Positions 12,591-26,248 of a stretch of 64,000 nucleotides of DNA are shown here, in pieces; position 1 is the first letter of the stretch, and every line of letters begins with the position of its first letter. The notes under the pieces are model-generated. The model saw only the letters and a program-made list of their open reading frames with translations, made no database searches and was not told where the DNA came from. Both the position numbers and the translations under genes were made by a program. This DNA is from Eledone cirrhosa (lineage: Eukaryota). The stretch lies in NCBI GenBank assembly GCA_964016885.1, contig OZ024745.1, positions 38,626,001 through 38,690,000 of the forward strand, written 5' to 3'.

Positions 12591-12660
<70 letters not shown>

Positions 12661-12674
12661 GTTTGTGTGTGTAG

Positions 12675-12713
<39 letters not shown>

Positions 12714-13079
12714 AACCTTAGTTGTTCGAATATTAATAATAACATTCGATTCGTCTGCAATTATGCAAACATGCCTCAATTTTGTAGCCATCTCAGTAGA
12801 ATGAACCCTTCATTCTTGCTCTTATGTTGGCATGTGAACAGAACTGCAGACACTAATGTTTCTGGGCATCACCCTTCATTAGTACAGCTCACTATTCACC
12901 TGTCAAACTGTCAGAGCTAGTGAAAATATATGCTATTTTCAAAAATACACAGTGATTGATCGGCATGGTTTGCAAATTAAGCTAGGTTTGCATAATTGCA
13001 AAGGAATCGAATTTTATTAGAATATTCGAAAGACAGATTACATTTATTGTATTCAGCCATGTAGAGCTAAATTTTCTTT

Positions 13080-13384
<305 letters not shown>

Positions 13385-13392
<8 letters not shown>

Positions 13393-13524
13393 AGATCAAA
13401 AGATGGTTAAAGGAGTTCCATGTATTTTATTATGCGCATTTCAAAAACAAACATCATCATGTTTTTGAAATGCGCATAATAAAATACATGGAACTCCTTT
13501 AACCATCTTTTGATCTTATATTAT
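13385..13524. repeat. Perfect palindrome, 65-bp arms with 10-nt loop
   Basis: 13385-13449 is the reverse complement of 13460-13524; loop AACATCATCA. Confidence 0.95.
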
Positions 13525-14399
13525 GTATACTCCAGTCCTACAAACTCTAGAGTGCTTCTTATCCGATATCTGCATTGCTTTATTGTACTACAATAAAACT
13601 CACCTCCTACATTATATATATATACATATATATATACATATATATATATACATATATATATATATATTACCGATTAATATTTCGTTTGTAATATGAAGAG
13701 TAACTTGCCGTTATACCTCTGTCTGACAAGACATATTGTACACATGAAGAATCGGACTGTCATCACTTTTAATTATACACTAAGAATGTATAACTTCCAT
13801 ATGTAATTTTGTGCTCTCTCTTCATGTTTGCTGTTCTTCGTTAATAACGAATCTTTTTTTGCTTCTGTTGTATATTATAAATATAATTTTTTGTTTGGCT
13901 GTGATGAATTTTGTATTCTATTTAATGAAAAATATTTGTTGATACATTTGTCTGTTATATACTCCGCATTCATATAGTACTTATTGCCAGTGATTAGTAT
14001 ATTATTACGCGTGTATTGTTTGAGCTTATTTACGTTTTTAGTATTGTCTACTCTTCGCATAGAATATTCGTTATTAATTAGCATATTCTTTTATCATGTG
14101 GATTTCTTTTTCTAGTTCTTACGAAATACTAAACCATGTACGTCTGTATATTCCCACATGTCATTCGTTTGTTCAAACGTGATATGTCCGCGTTCTTTAA
14201 ATTTTACTCTGCATGTTTATATCTAGAAATGAAGTCGTATTTTTATTATCATGTTTATTAAATTTATTTAGTTTTAATGTCTTCCTTTAATATCCTGATA
14301 TCATTTAGTATATGGGCAATGTATAAGGTGGCGCTAATGTGACTCCTACGTTTCATGTCATGGATATACATCAGTTTCTTCGTATAAATTACGTTAAAG

Positions 14400-14690
14400 A
14401 TTTGGTAATAATGAATGGATTGAGAGGATTGATAGAGATATGTTTTGATAGATATAGAAAGGGGGGGGGGGGGGGGGCGTTCGGTTGTGGTGGTAGAGTT
14501 TTGTATTGTAAATATAGAGAGGATGATAGTTTGGTGTTAATTGATATAGAGAGGGGTTTGGAAGAAATTTCCTTGTAGAAGATATAGAGAAGAGGATAGT
14601 CTGGTGTTAATTGATATAGAGGGCGCGATTGGAAGAGAGTCCCGTGTAGTAGATATAGAGAGGAGGAGAGTTTGGTGTTAATTGATATAT
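14400..14690. repeat. ~61-bp purine-rich satellite, left part
   Basis: Units approximating GTAGTAGATATAGAGAGGAGGAGAGTTTGGTGTTAATTGATATAGAGAGCGCGATTGGAAGAGAGTTCCGT. Confidence 0.85.
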
Positions 14691-14883
14691 ATTTTTATTT
14701 ATTTGCCACCAGGGCATCAAAGATTGGGACAAATACAAAGGGGGGAGTTTACATACATTTAAAAAGACGTGTAAAAAACATATAACAAATTAAGTTTAAC
14801 AATCGAAAAAATGTGCAACCCTCCTCTTCAGGAGCACAAAGAGCGGGTGCTTCCTTCCTCTCCTCATTCTTCTCCTCTCTCAC

Positions 14884-17800
14884 CTACAGGCTGATATAGA
14901 GAGAAGGCCCATTCACTCGGGCCATTCTCGCTACTTTCACCCATCTTTCATAAAACTTTCTGGGGTAGAGCACCTCTCTCTCCATTTTGATCCTTCTTCT
15001 AAAGTGGTACTTGAAAAAAAGACCAGTTGTTGGCCGGAGAGAAAGGTGTATGACCTCAGCCCTTTCAACCTTGTCCACCATACAACTACTTTCGCCATGG
15101 CTATCACACAGAGGAAAACCGCCTCTCCTTCGTTTTTGAAAGGGGGAGGCGGTTTGATTGTGACAATGTTCTCGGTGGTCAACCGGATTGGTCTCACCCG
15201 CGACAGTAGTCGTTCTACATAGCCCCACAGGTCAGCAACGCCCGGGCAGTGTAGGAATGCGTGTGCGACGGTTTCCTCGTCACGCACGCATCTTGGACAG
15301 ATCTTCTTCGAGGGGTCCCTACCCGGGCGCCCGTGTCTGTAGAGCTTGTCCCGAACGGGTAGAGCTCCTCGGTAACATTGCCAAACCAGGGACTTTTGGA
15401 AGTTGTACATCGGTCCCGGGCCAAACGTCCTACCGAACAGACTGGCCAGCTCGTCTTCCTCCATGCCCAGAGCCTCTCCGAGAGCGTCGTCGCACTTACT
15501 GCGCACCAACCCTCTATAGAATGTTGAGGTTGAGTCTCCACTGATTGCCAGATCCGCTTGCCAGAGGGCCGTGAGCGACTGGGCACATTCAATGTGCCAG
15601 TCGCCCACTTTTCTCGGTCTTTGCTTGACCCAGGATTGCAGCTCGGTGAGTGAGACGAGTCTCGGAAAGGCTCGCCTCACACACAGGACCCACACCGGCT
15701 GACCGGTGAGGAATACCTGGAGGTGCCGTAGCCTTAATGCGTGTCTACGCATCGTCATCCACGGCATCCCCAGCCCTCCGTTCGAAGGGTGTTGACAGCA
15801 GATGGATCTTCTCACCAAAGGAGCCCGCTTCTTCCAAAGAAATCGGAAGAGCGCGCGTTCCATTTTGGGGAGTGTTTTCTATGAGCAAGGCACGACGGTC
15901 AAGCGGTAGTAGATGACGGACGCTATATAAGCGTTCGCCACCTCCGCTCGACCTTTCAGGGATAGTTTGCACTCGGCCCACTTCTGAGCGAGTGCAAACA
16001 CCTTGCTCGTTACCTCGTCCCAGTTTTTCTCCACCTGGAGGTCCGGTCCGAACCAGACACCGAGCAGCTTCACCGGTTCCTCCGTCCAGCGTCCGACGAT
16101 GCCGTCGGAGGGCAGCGTTTTGCCCCTCCACGTCCCGAGTTGCAAATCGACGGACTTGTCCAGGTTCAGCTTGGCTCCTGTGAACCTTTCATATTCCTCC
16201 AGTAAGGTGCCGATCTGCTCGATTTCCAAGGCGCACGACACCATTACTGTCACGTCATCGGCGTAGGCCGACACCGCTTTCCGCAATCCCGGTTCCAAGG
16301 GAATTCCCTGCAACAGCTCCAGCTTCCCCAGTAGTGGCTCGAGAGCCAGCACATACAGGAGGGAGGAGAGAGGGCATCCCTGTCGAATGGATCGCGTGAT
16401 TTGGAACGGCTCCGAGAGGTAGCGGTTCACCTTGACCCTCGAGCAGGTGTTGCTGCTGTGCATTGCAGCAATCCAGCCCCTGAAAACGGGTCCGACGCCT
16501 GCCGCCGCGAGCACCGCATCCAGGTACCGATGGTCAACCCTATCGAACGCTTTAGATTGATCCAAGTTGATCAGGGCCCCACCAAAGCCGGGTTCGTTCC
16601 CTACCCTCTCTACGATGTATCGCATGAGGTGGAGGTTCTCGTGTATGGACCTGGACGGGATTGCGTATGTCTGCGCTTCTCCCACCAGGTTCCCGACGAC
16701 AAGCGCCAACCTCTTCGCTAACACCTTGGCCAAAATCTGTAACTCTGTGTTTAGCAGAGTTATGGGCCTGAAGTTATCTATGTCATCCCCCTTATTCTCG
16801 TCCTTCCTCACCAGCGTGACTACGCCCTTGGTCACAGAACTGGGAATTATCCCGTTCTGTTGCCAGTTGCAGTAGACCGCCTCGAGGAGACCGGAGAACA
16901 AGCCCGGCATCGCTACATAAAGTTCGCATGATAGACCATCGAGACCCGGAGATTTGCGTTTGACGCATTGACTCAGCGCTTCCCCTATTTCAGCGGCTGA
17001 AATCGGCCTCTCGCAGGACTACGCCTCCCCGTCCGAGAGCCGCTCCAGACCGTCGAGGTATGGACCGGAATCCATGGCCCCACCCGGCCCGCCGCCCCTC
17101 CCGAACAGTCGTGCAAAGCGCCGTTGAAAGGCCGCGCTCATCCGCTCAGGTTCAAGGATCACGCGTCCATCCTGGTCCTTCAAAGACCGAATCGTGGAGT
17201 TGTTTCCACTTTTTGCCTCTGTCACTCGGGCCCAGCTAACAGCTTTGGCTCCCTCGTTACCCAGAGCACGTATTTTACTCATGGCAACGCAGCCCTCGTG
17301 CTTCGCATCCAAGAACTGGTCTAGGGCCGTTCTTGACGCCAGCACGCCGGCCACGTTGCCACTCCTAATCGCCTCTTCTACTCTATTTGTTAATTCCCTT
17401 TCAGTTCTATTCCTATCTGATGCTAATTCCCGACTAAAACCTATCGATTCTATTCTAATTTCTCTCTTGAGAGAGCCCCACCACCTATTGTTGAAAATTG
17501 CCCCGGTCAAACGCTGCTTAACTAGTGTGGTAATCCGCTTACTTTAAGCTTTGTTTGTCGGTAAAGACAAGTTTAGCTTCCAGTAACCGGGTCCCTGTCT
17601 ATGAGTTCTATCAAGGTTGACCACTCCGGTCGACAACTTGTGATCCGAATAGTCAACCATGAACATTCGTGGACAGCTTAATATGTCCCTATCCTTATTT
17701 CTAACTAGGAACCTATCTAGGTACGACCTGGATGTTCCGCTGCGATTACTCCACGTCCACCGTGGCACAGTCGGAAAATCCAGTCGATATCTATCGGCCA

Positions 17801-18323
17801 GATCAAATCGGCCGATTAATCGTTTTAGGCTGTTACACCCCCCCCCTCTATCGGGACATGCCTCTACATAGTCCCAACGTGCATCCAGGATACCATTCCA
17901 GTCCCCCACTAAAAGTAAGGAGCGAGACGTTCCCATGAAATTCTCCAGGCGTCGGAAGATGTCCGGTCGCGGTGTCCCAGATGGGGCATACGCTGCCACC
18001 AGCCTGAAAGCTCCACCTTCACCACTGCCGACGTTTAAAACCTCCAGTCGACCCTCCGGGTCCAGGTGTACCTTCTGTGTGGCAAGACCCAGGTATTTTC
18101 GCAGCAGAACGACAACCCCAACCCCACCCCTCGGCTGACAGAGAGATGCGTAGATCTCAAAGTCGTCGAAGATGGGGGCCAGTTGGCGCTCGCTGCTGAT
18201 CCTGGACTCTAAAATAACCATTACATCCACTCTGTGCGACCTGAGGTCATTTAAGAGTTTGCCCTGTTTCCAGGACATCCCCAAGCCGCGTGCATTCACA
18301 CATCCAACTCTTATATTGGCCAT
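14884..18323 (-). pseudogene. LINE ORF2 (APE endonuclease, reverse transcriptase, C-terminal zinc finger), disrupted
   Basis: APE: NARGL, GDWN, SYLDRFL, SDH. RT: FRPITLLN, LDQSKAFDRVDH, RQGCPLS, YADD. Zinc finger: CPRC..ETVAHAFLHC. Four ORF pieces share one frame, split by stops at ~17544, ~17019 and ~15879, with a frameshift near 15010. Confidence 0.93.
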
Positions 18324-18399
18324 GTTGGTGCTGAAGAGGTAAAAAGGAAGAGGAAAGGAAATTACCTCTTCGTCTCCTGGGGACCAGGCTGCACAATTT

Positions 18400-20037
18400 C
18401 CATGGGGGCGTTGGAAGGGTTGTTTGGTGGGGTGGTGGTTTGTGGTGTGGTGGGATTAGGGTGTTTGGTGGGGTGTGGGTGTCTGGTGTGGAGGTGGGGA
18501 AACATCTCAATAGGACGCTGTTATGTGGTTTGGTGCAGTTGGTCCCCACATGCATTGGATGGTTCTTTTTCAAAGTTACATAGGTTTCCGTTGGGACCCT
18601 AATCACCATTAGGTGCGGTTTGTTCGCGGCGTAGGTGAAAGTGATCCCTTCGGTTTCCACCGGAGGGTTATTTTCTACTGCTTTCATCAACGTTTTATTG
18701 TTCTTGTTAATGCATGTATAGAGTTTTTGTTGTGTTGTGTTTATTTTTGTTTGTTGTTCTTGTGCGTGTTTGCGTTTTGTAGTACGTGTTATGTTTTGGG
18801 GAGGGTGGGTTTTTTATTTGTGATGTTTGTTCTGTTTGTGCGGGTGGTTGTGTGTTTGTGGCATTTTTGTTAATGTGGTGCCTTTTTTTTTCCTTTTCAC
18901 CTGTTGAAAGGGTTCTCACTCGTCGTCACTGGGTGACGTTGATACGGAGTCCTCTTCCGTGTTGTTGGGGAGGGGTATATTTTGTGGTTTTGTTGTGGTT
19001 GCTTTTGTATTTGTTTTAGGTGGGGAGGGGTTGGGTGGAAGAGTGTTTTGTGTTGTTATTTTTCCGTGTTGTTGTTGTGGTGGTGGTGGTGGTCGTCGTG
19101 GTGGTTGTGTTGTTGTGTTCGGGGTTGGCAGAAGAGCCTTTTTTTTTTACTCGTTAATTGAGGACAGGCAGCCCTCAGGTGACCCCTGCTTAAGCAGTGG
19201 TAACATGACGGCCGCCTTCCCTCCACTGAAATGTTTATATAAGTTAGCCCGTCCAGAGGCACGCGTTGTGGGATATTCGCTATTCGTTCTGGGCTCATTT
19301 GCACCAGAACTTCTACGGTGGTCCCACCAAATACACCTCCGGAGGACTTTCCTATTGAAATTATCGTGTCCTTTTTCCCCTGTATATGTGGTAAAAGGTG
19401 AAGCGGGAGGACACAATGGGTGCTACCGAGTACTTTTGAGCTGTTGACTGGTTGTTCATTAGCACCGAAATGCTACCAAACAGTTTACCTTTTTGTATGA
19501 AGGTTAAGTTCTTCATTGCATCTTTTAGAACCAGCGTATTTTCATTTTGTGATAATTGAGCTGGTGTTCTTGTTTCGTTCGATATTGTCCTGAAAACCAC
19601 AGTTTTCAGGACAGCCTCCCTACGCAATTCCTGTGGAGAATTGATGCTAAAAGCACCGTTTTCGCCAAAAGTCACGAATTATTTTGCGTCTTGTAATATT
19701 TGTTTAGCATTTGTTATGTCTATTGGCGTGTATAGTTCGTTTTTTTTACGGTCTGTGCGAATGTTGTTTTAGTGTTGTTGTCTTTTTTGTTACTGTCACT
19801 GTTGGTAATATTGGTGTTACTATTGTTGCAGTTGTTGGTTGTGGTGTTATTGTCATTGTTCTTGTTGCTGGTGCTGGTATTATTTACCGGGTTTGGTTTC
19901 GTGGTTTCGATATTTTTCACGTTTTTCGATGATGCGAGGGGGGAAGGCTGCAAGCTTTGTACTCCTACCTTCCCTCCACCTCTTTTCTTAGTGGGCGTGG
20001 CACTCACGACAGTGTGCGAGGTGGAAATGGCATCCAT
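18400..20037 (-). pseudogene. LINE ORF1 (gag-like, CCHC zinc knuckle), disrupted
   Basis: Asn/Thr-rich N-terminus; ISVEGRRPSCYHCLSRGHLRAAC is homologous to VIVEGRRPRCVVCGEGTHLTAFC at 49.4 kb. Confidence 0.8.
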
Positions 20038-20231
20038 TGCCACCAAGTCTACAGTTTTTAGATGAAAATTGAAAAATTCCGCCCCAGAAAGGGGCGAAAA
20101 TTGGTTGACTCAACGTCTGACGGCCCAGGCAAGGGGTTAAACTAAACAATGTTATTTAATTAAGCAATAAACTCACAGATTTTTTGACAACAATCGGTAA
20201 AAATCCGGAGCAAAGTAAATCACGTCTATAT

Positions 20232-21645
20232 CAAGTGGTAATTGATATAGATAGTAGATTGGAAGAGAGTTCTGTGTAGTAGATATAGAGAGGAGGAGAG
20301 TTTGGTGTTAATTGATATAGAGAGCGCGATTGGAAGAGAGTTCCGTGTAGTAGATATAGATAGGAGGAGAGTTTGGTGTTAATTGATATAGAGAGCGCGA
20401 TTGAAAGAGAGTTCCGGGTAGTAGATATAGAGAGGGTGACAGTTTGATAGTGCTGCATAGAGTGACAGGGAATAAGAGAGAGTTTTGTATGGTAGATATA
20501 GAGAGGGGAATAGGGGGTTGTAATTGATATAGCGAGTGGGGTTGGGAGGGTATGTTCTACATTAGATATACAGAGGGGAAGAGGCTGGTGGTTATCTGTG
20601 TAGTAGATATAAAGATGGAGAAATGTTAGTGATAATTGATATACAGAGGGGTTTTGGAAGAGAGTCCGCGTAGAATATATAGAGAGGGGCAATGGAAGAG
20701 TATCCCGTGTAGTAGATATAGAAAAAGGAAGAGTTTCGTCTCAATTGCTAGAGAGAGTGGGATTGGAAGTTCTTTGTAGTAGATATAGAGCGGGGGAGAG
20801 TTCAGGTGTAAATTGGTATAGAGAGGGGGATTGGAAGCGAGCTCCGTGTAGTAGATATACAGAGGTGGACAAAGTGGGGCTAATTGATATAGAGAGGGAT
20901 ATTGGGGGATAGTGTCGCATGCTTGATGTAGAGATGGGGAGTTTAGTGGCAATGAATAGAGATAGAGAATCGATAGAGATAGATATTGATAGATATAGAG
21001 AGGGGGGAGAGTTTGGCGTTAATTAATATAGATAGGGTGTTGGAAGAGAGTTACGTGTAATAGGAATAGTGAGTAGATATAGAGAGGGGGAGAGTTTGAT
21101 GTTTATTGATATAGAGAGGTGTATTGGAAGGGAGTTCCGTGTAGTAGATACAGAGAAGAGGAGAGTTTGGTAGTAATGGATAGAGTGTGAGGTAATTAGA
21201 GAGATTAATATATGGTAAATATAGAGAGGGGGATAGTTTTGAGGTTATTGATATAGTGTGAGGAGTTGGCCGAGTGTGTTGTATATTAGATATACAGTGG
21301 GGAAGAGATTGATGTTTATTTATTAGATATACAGAGGGGGATGAGAAAAGAGTTCCGATTAGTAGGTATAGAGAGGGTGAGTGTTTGGTGGTAATTGATA
21401 ATGAGAGGGTTATTGGAAGAGAGTTACATGTAGTAGATATAGAGGAGGGAGTATATTGGTATATAGAGGAGGATTGCACGAGAGTTGCATTTATATAGGG
21501 AGGGGGAGAGTTACGGTGTAAATTGTGTAAATTGGTAAAGAGAAGTCGATTGGAAGAGAGTTCCTTGTAGTAAATATAGAGAGAGGGATTATTTTGTGTT
21601 AATTGATATAGAGAGGAGGATTTGAATAGAGTTCCGTGTAGTAGT
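20232..21645. repeat. ~61-bp purine-rich satellite, right part (roughly 20 degenerate units)
   Basis: Same unit as 14400-14690; each unit has two ~30-bp subunits containing GATATAGAGAG. Confidence 0.9.
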
Positions 21646-22425
21646 GTGTGTTTTCTTAGATTCTCCCCAAAATACCAAAACACACATCTATTTGGACATG
21701 TGCTACAATTTATGTACATTTTATGTTTATGGCATATCGAATTGTTCTGACGCCTTTAATGTACAAAAGGCGAAACTAATCCGTATAGCTAAATTGACCG
21801 ATTTTGCCCCCACCCTAATTTAGAAATGCTTCTACTACCCCTGATATATATATATATATATATATATATAACTATCGCGATCTTCTCGCCATGGGACTTG
21901 GAGACTAGAGCCGAATGCTACCATTCTACTATACAGCGATGTGAGACTGCCTTTTCTAATAAAACATGTTTACTAACTTATTAATTTGTGTTTGAGACAC
22001 GTTGTCTGAGAGCTTATGTCGGGAGGAGAACTATTTGATCTCTAATCTCTTGCCATCACGTAAATTTATAAATCGGTGGGCGGTCGGTGGACCGCATTAT
22101 GTCAGATCCGAGTTGCTAATCACTTTAATGTATTGGCCGTCACAAACAGTCATAGCAGTGATGGACTGGAGTCGAATTCTTTCGATCGATTGGTTATTGA
22201 TTAGACGAAAACCGCTGATGAAGCCACATGCGCCGATTATGCATTGTTGCATAATATATGTGGACAGTGGGTGCAGTGGACACTACTGCTGCAATAAGTG
22301 TGGCCGAAACTCGAGTTCGGCAACTACTATAGGTATGCGTTTAGGTGTCTCGTCTCAAAGCGAATAACTATGTGTATAATCTATTATGTGGAGTCTATTT
22401 TACATTTCCTAATGAGTAAGCTGAG

Positions 22426-22470
22426 ATGCAACCGGTCCTAGCATTGATACCAATGCTGGGTCTGTCAGCT
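22426..22470 (-). ncRNA. Degenerate hammerhead-like motif (PLE-type terminus)
   Basis: Minus strand reads CTGACAGA-CCCAGCATTG-GTAT-CAATGCTAGG-ACCGGTT: 10-bp stem II and palindromic ACCGGT, but the GAAA is damaged. Confidence 0.4.
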
Positions 22471-22786
22471 TATTATATATATATGGAGGAAGTTGTAGTT
22501 CACCTGAAGCATTGCGTAATGAGGTATAAATGTTTGGAGTTGGAAGGCCAAGACAATGCAGGTATGGGGATAGAATATAAATACAAATGCAAAATATATT
22601 GTTGACAATTAGTATTTTACCTTAAATTTATTTGAATACCCTTAATTATAGAGATAATATCTCTTCTTCGGAGGGAAGTAAAGGGGTTAATCCAGTGTTC
22701 TAATTAGCTTGTCAATACACAATTATGTGCTTGTATACATATATACATTGATTGTCATTATCACCAGCTTTATACTAAAGAATATA

Positions 22787-22842
<56 letters not shown>

Positions 22843-22865
22843 CATATAAACATGTGTGTGTGTGT

Positions 22866-22943
<78 letters not shown>

Positions 22944-23369
22944 GCGTGTATGTGCATTCATCAGATATTTACTGATGATGAACATGATTTTGACATTTTC
23001 CGAGTTTTCTATTTCTGTAGGCACCAGTTTATGCCCGTGTGCATATATGTACGTATGTTCTTCTGGTTTTATAATTTCACAAATGTGTTCCCAATAGAGA
23101 GAGAGTCGGTTTCTAACATAGATACATGACTCTCTCATTGGAATTTACACATAAACTATGTAGATTAAATATGCATGCATGCATGTGTAGGTATGGATGT
23201 TATTGTATGTGTGGATGTGTATGTTTTGAGTTGTTTGTGCGCATGTGTATATGCTTTGTATCTGTACATGTGTATATGCAGTTATTAGATGCACCATTTT
23301 TGGAATGTTTTACATATTTTTACTGTTCCATTAATGGATTGTACTTGTAATTTACTAACTAGTTGTGTT

Positions 23370-23718
23370 TATAACAAAATACTGGTGTGTGTAAATATAA
23401 CATGAGACGTTGTTTGTGTGTATAATATTTAATTAACAATTTGTGGATGTATAGAATAGTATAGTTGTCATGTCAATGAATAGATGAAAGAATGAAGCAA
23501 AGTTATTAGTTACCGTTTGCTTGCCAGGCTAACGCGCCTGGGCCAAGACGCCTGGCCGAAGGCGAGGAGCCGAAAAGGTAAATGAGAGAAAGGGAGCTGA
23601 AAGTTATTCGTTTTATAGTGTTCTACCGGAAGTTACAGAAAGTGTTCTACTTCCTATCTAGAGAGCGTTAATCTATTGATGATGTGAGTGTCACAACAAG
23701 GGAGGGAACTCCTGCTAC
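23370..23718 (-). repeat. 3' LTR
   Basis: Direct repeat of 25043-25244 (GAGAAAGGGAGCTGAAAGTTATT..CCGGAAGTTACAGAAAG..GAGTGTCACAACAAGG..AACTCCTGCTACA). Confidence 0.85.
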
Positions 23719-25028
23719 ATTATCTCCCGCCAGATTTGTAAAATATAAAAATCGAATGAAATATGTATGTAGTAAGTTGGCGAGAATGTTGTAACAGGCA
23801 TGAAAACTACTAAAAAACTTATGTTTGCAATAATCAATGATATATATCAAGGTAGCCAACCGCTCTTGGCCAGAGAACGACTGGACATCTATCTATCCAT
23901 CACCCGAAGATACAATCAAAGTAAGAGAAGAGCTCAAAGTTCAAATGTTCAAAATACAGTTCACAGGTGTGCAATCAAATGACAGCAGGAAAGAAAGTGT
24001 GTTCCAGAGAATGAATGCAGGTGGTTTCTGTTCTGTGGTATAACGTGAAATTTCCAACCTCCGAATGGATTTTCTCACAGGAAGAATGCTGCAAAAATAA
24101 ATTCTCTGGCTTGTTCTGCTGGTTGCGGTTTTTGATGAAGCTGTGTTGCTGTAGATGTTGTTGTCTCGCAGAGTGAGCGTATTCGATGTTTAAATTCACA
24201 GTAAAAAAAAATTTTTAAAGAAAAAATGAGTTGCGCAAAGTGCTAGAAATAACAGCCGAGGTTGATGGTCGATGTTGAGAATGCGTTGACCTGGAACGGT
24301 CAAGAGGCCAGCGACCAAAGAAATAAGAATTCTGAATAAATGCGCAGTTTTCAACGGCAAATTTACGTGGTAAATTTTTAAATCGGCAAATAGGAGAATA
24401 TAGCTTACGGCTGGAGAATCCTTGGCGAGAAACGTTATCTCATGGCGTGTGGTTATCTCCGTGAGTCGAGAATTGTGCAGCCTACACGTGCCAATACAAG
24501 GTTAAGTTGAAAAAAAAAATTTCTGTTGCGCGAGAAAATGGCGCGAAAATGATAGTTCAACAAGTCACTTGGCAGCCATTTTGAAAAAGTGTGTGTGTGA
24601 AAGTGACAATATGATGAAAAAGAAAGGAAGGCTTCACTTAGTATAACAAATATGGCGAGATCATTTTTTTTTTTTGTGAACGATGAAAAAAACTTGAACG
24701 ATGAAGAAAACGATGAAAAAAAGTAATAGTTGAGATTCATCGAAAATAAATGTTCATTTTGAAATGTTTAAAAAAGAAAATCAAGTTCCTTTTTTTTTGT
24801 TTGTTTTTAAAGTGTTCGTTGTAAGAAAGCAACGAAAAACATATATATATATATACAGTGAAATGCGACAGGGTCGATGTGTGAGAGAAAAAGAGTCTGT
24901 CTGAACGAGAATTTCACATGTGCGTGTGTTCGTTTCTGTGTCTGCGTATTTTCATAGTTTGTCAATAAAATTTGCTGCGTATTCGTAATGTCACTCACAC
25001 AACACCAGATTCTGCTATTTTTTTTTTT

Positions 25029-25040
25029 TCGGGGTCACCA
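25029..25040 (-). promoter_or_regulatory. Primer binding site complementary to the tRNA-Trp 3' end
   Basis: Plus strand TCGGGGTCACCA equals the 3' end of eukaryotic tRNA-Trp(CCA) including CCA; it lies 2 nt from the LTR end. Confidence 0.8.
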
Positions 25041-25042
25041 CT

Positions 25043-25244
25043 TATAACAATTTACTGGGCGTTTGGTTGCCAGACGAACGCGTCTGGGCGACGACGCCTG
25101 GCCGAAAAGGCAGATGTGAGAAAGGGAGCTGAAAGTTATTTGTTTTATAGGGTTCTGCCGGAAGTTACAGAAAGGGTTCTACTTTCTATCTAGAGAGCGT
25201 TAATGTGAGTGAGTGTCACAACAAGGTAGGCAACTCCTGCTACA
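25043..25244 (-). repeat. 5' LTR (with an internal deletion relative to the 3' LTR)
   Basis: Direct repeat of 23370-23718, lacking about 130 bp near its plus-strand left end. Confidence 0.85.
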
Positions 25245-25643
25245 TGTTCTTTCTGTTGCTGTGAAGCCTAGCTTCTCAAATTTGTATTGAGGCAGTTAGT
25301 AACATACCCCTGTGCCCCCAAAATCACAGGCATAAAACTGAGGTGTAATCAGGGTGGAATATCTGCAGATTTCTCATCAGTTCTGCATACATATTCTCCT
25401 TTTCGATAATCTTTGATATTATATTGGCATCTGCTGCACAGCTAACTCCCACTACTGTGCATGCTTTCTTCTCCCTGTCCTATATCATAGTATCTTGTCT
25501 GTTATGCCTGCATTTCAATGGGGTCTTTACTGGAACATTCCACCGGTACTCTTTCATAGTATGTACGTGGATGTCTTCCACATTGCTGTAGTATTTAATG
25601 TGTTTATTATCGGGGCTATCTTTTTCACGGACTGCATTGTACG

Positions 25644-25764
25644 ATGTATGTATGTATGTATGTATGTATGTATGTATGTATGTATGTATGTATGTATGTA
25701 TGTATGTATGTATGTATGTATGTATGTATGTATGCATGTATGTATGTATGCACGTATGTATGTA
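25644..25764. repeat. (ATGT)n tetranucleotide repeat
   Basis: Direct reading. Confidence 0.97.
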
Positions 25765-26025
25765 GTAATATTCATGCAAGTATATATCCACGTAAGCTTT
25801 TACATCTCTATAAACTAATATATGTGCATATTAATCGATCCTTCTTTCTCTGTTGATTTATATTTATCTAGATATACATAAATGTGTATGCATATTAATC
25901 AGGATGTAGCTGTCTCTCTACCTGTCTATCTATTCATCCATCTATACACCCATCCATATATCCATCTATCTACACACCCATTTCTATATTTATCTATCAA
26001 CCCTTCAAATTCCTCTCTCTATCTC

Positions 26026-26027
<2 letters not shown>

Positions 26028-26120
<93 letters not shown>

Positions 26121-26197
26121 GTCTGTCTATCTATATATATGACCCTTGTGTCAAATATAGAAATCCATCTATGTATATACGTAAGTATCTATCTATA

Positions 26198-26248
<51 letters not shown>
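26028..26248. repeat. (ATCT)n tetranucleotide repeats, two blocks
   Basis: Direct reading. Confidence 0.95.

Larger units (their letters stand above)
14690..20228 (-). mobile_element. Near-full-length Tx1-like (L1 superfamily) LINE, ~5.5 kb
   Basis: ORF1 with CCHC knuckle; ORF2 with APE, RT and C-terminal zinc finger; A-rich 3' end (AAATAAATAAAAA on minus); 5' end starts AGACGTG. Confidence 0.92.
23370..25244 (-). mobile_element. Internally deleted (non-autonomous) Gypsy-type LTR element, 1.9 kb
   Basis: Two direct repeats with minus-strand ends TGTAGC...GTTATA; primer site TGGTGACCCCGA; purine tract GGCGGGAGATAA before the 3' LTR; 4-bp TSD TGTT at 23366-23369 and 25245-25248. Confidence 0.85.

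Noticed and set aside
14884-18323. Idea that the in-frame TAG stops of LINE ORF2 are rescued by A-to-I editing
   Set aside because: The aligned residues in the second copy are not Trp (Tyr at ~17544, Glu near 17019), one stop is TAA, and a frameshift is also present; ordinary decay explains it.
20231-21719. ORFs across the satellite, and a CRISPR-like regular spacing
   Set aside because: These are degenerate tandem units without unique spacers, in eukaryotic context with no cas genes; the ORFs are repeat artefacts.
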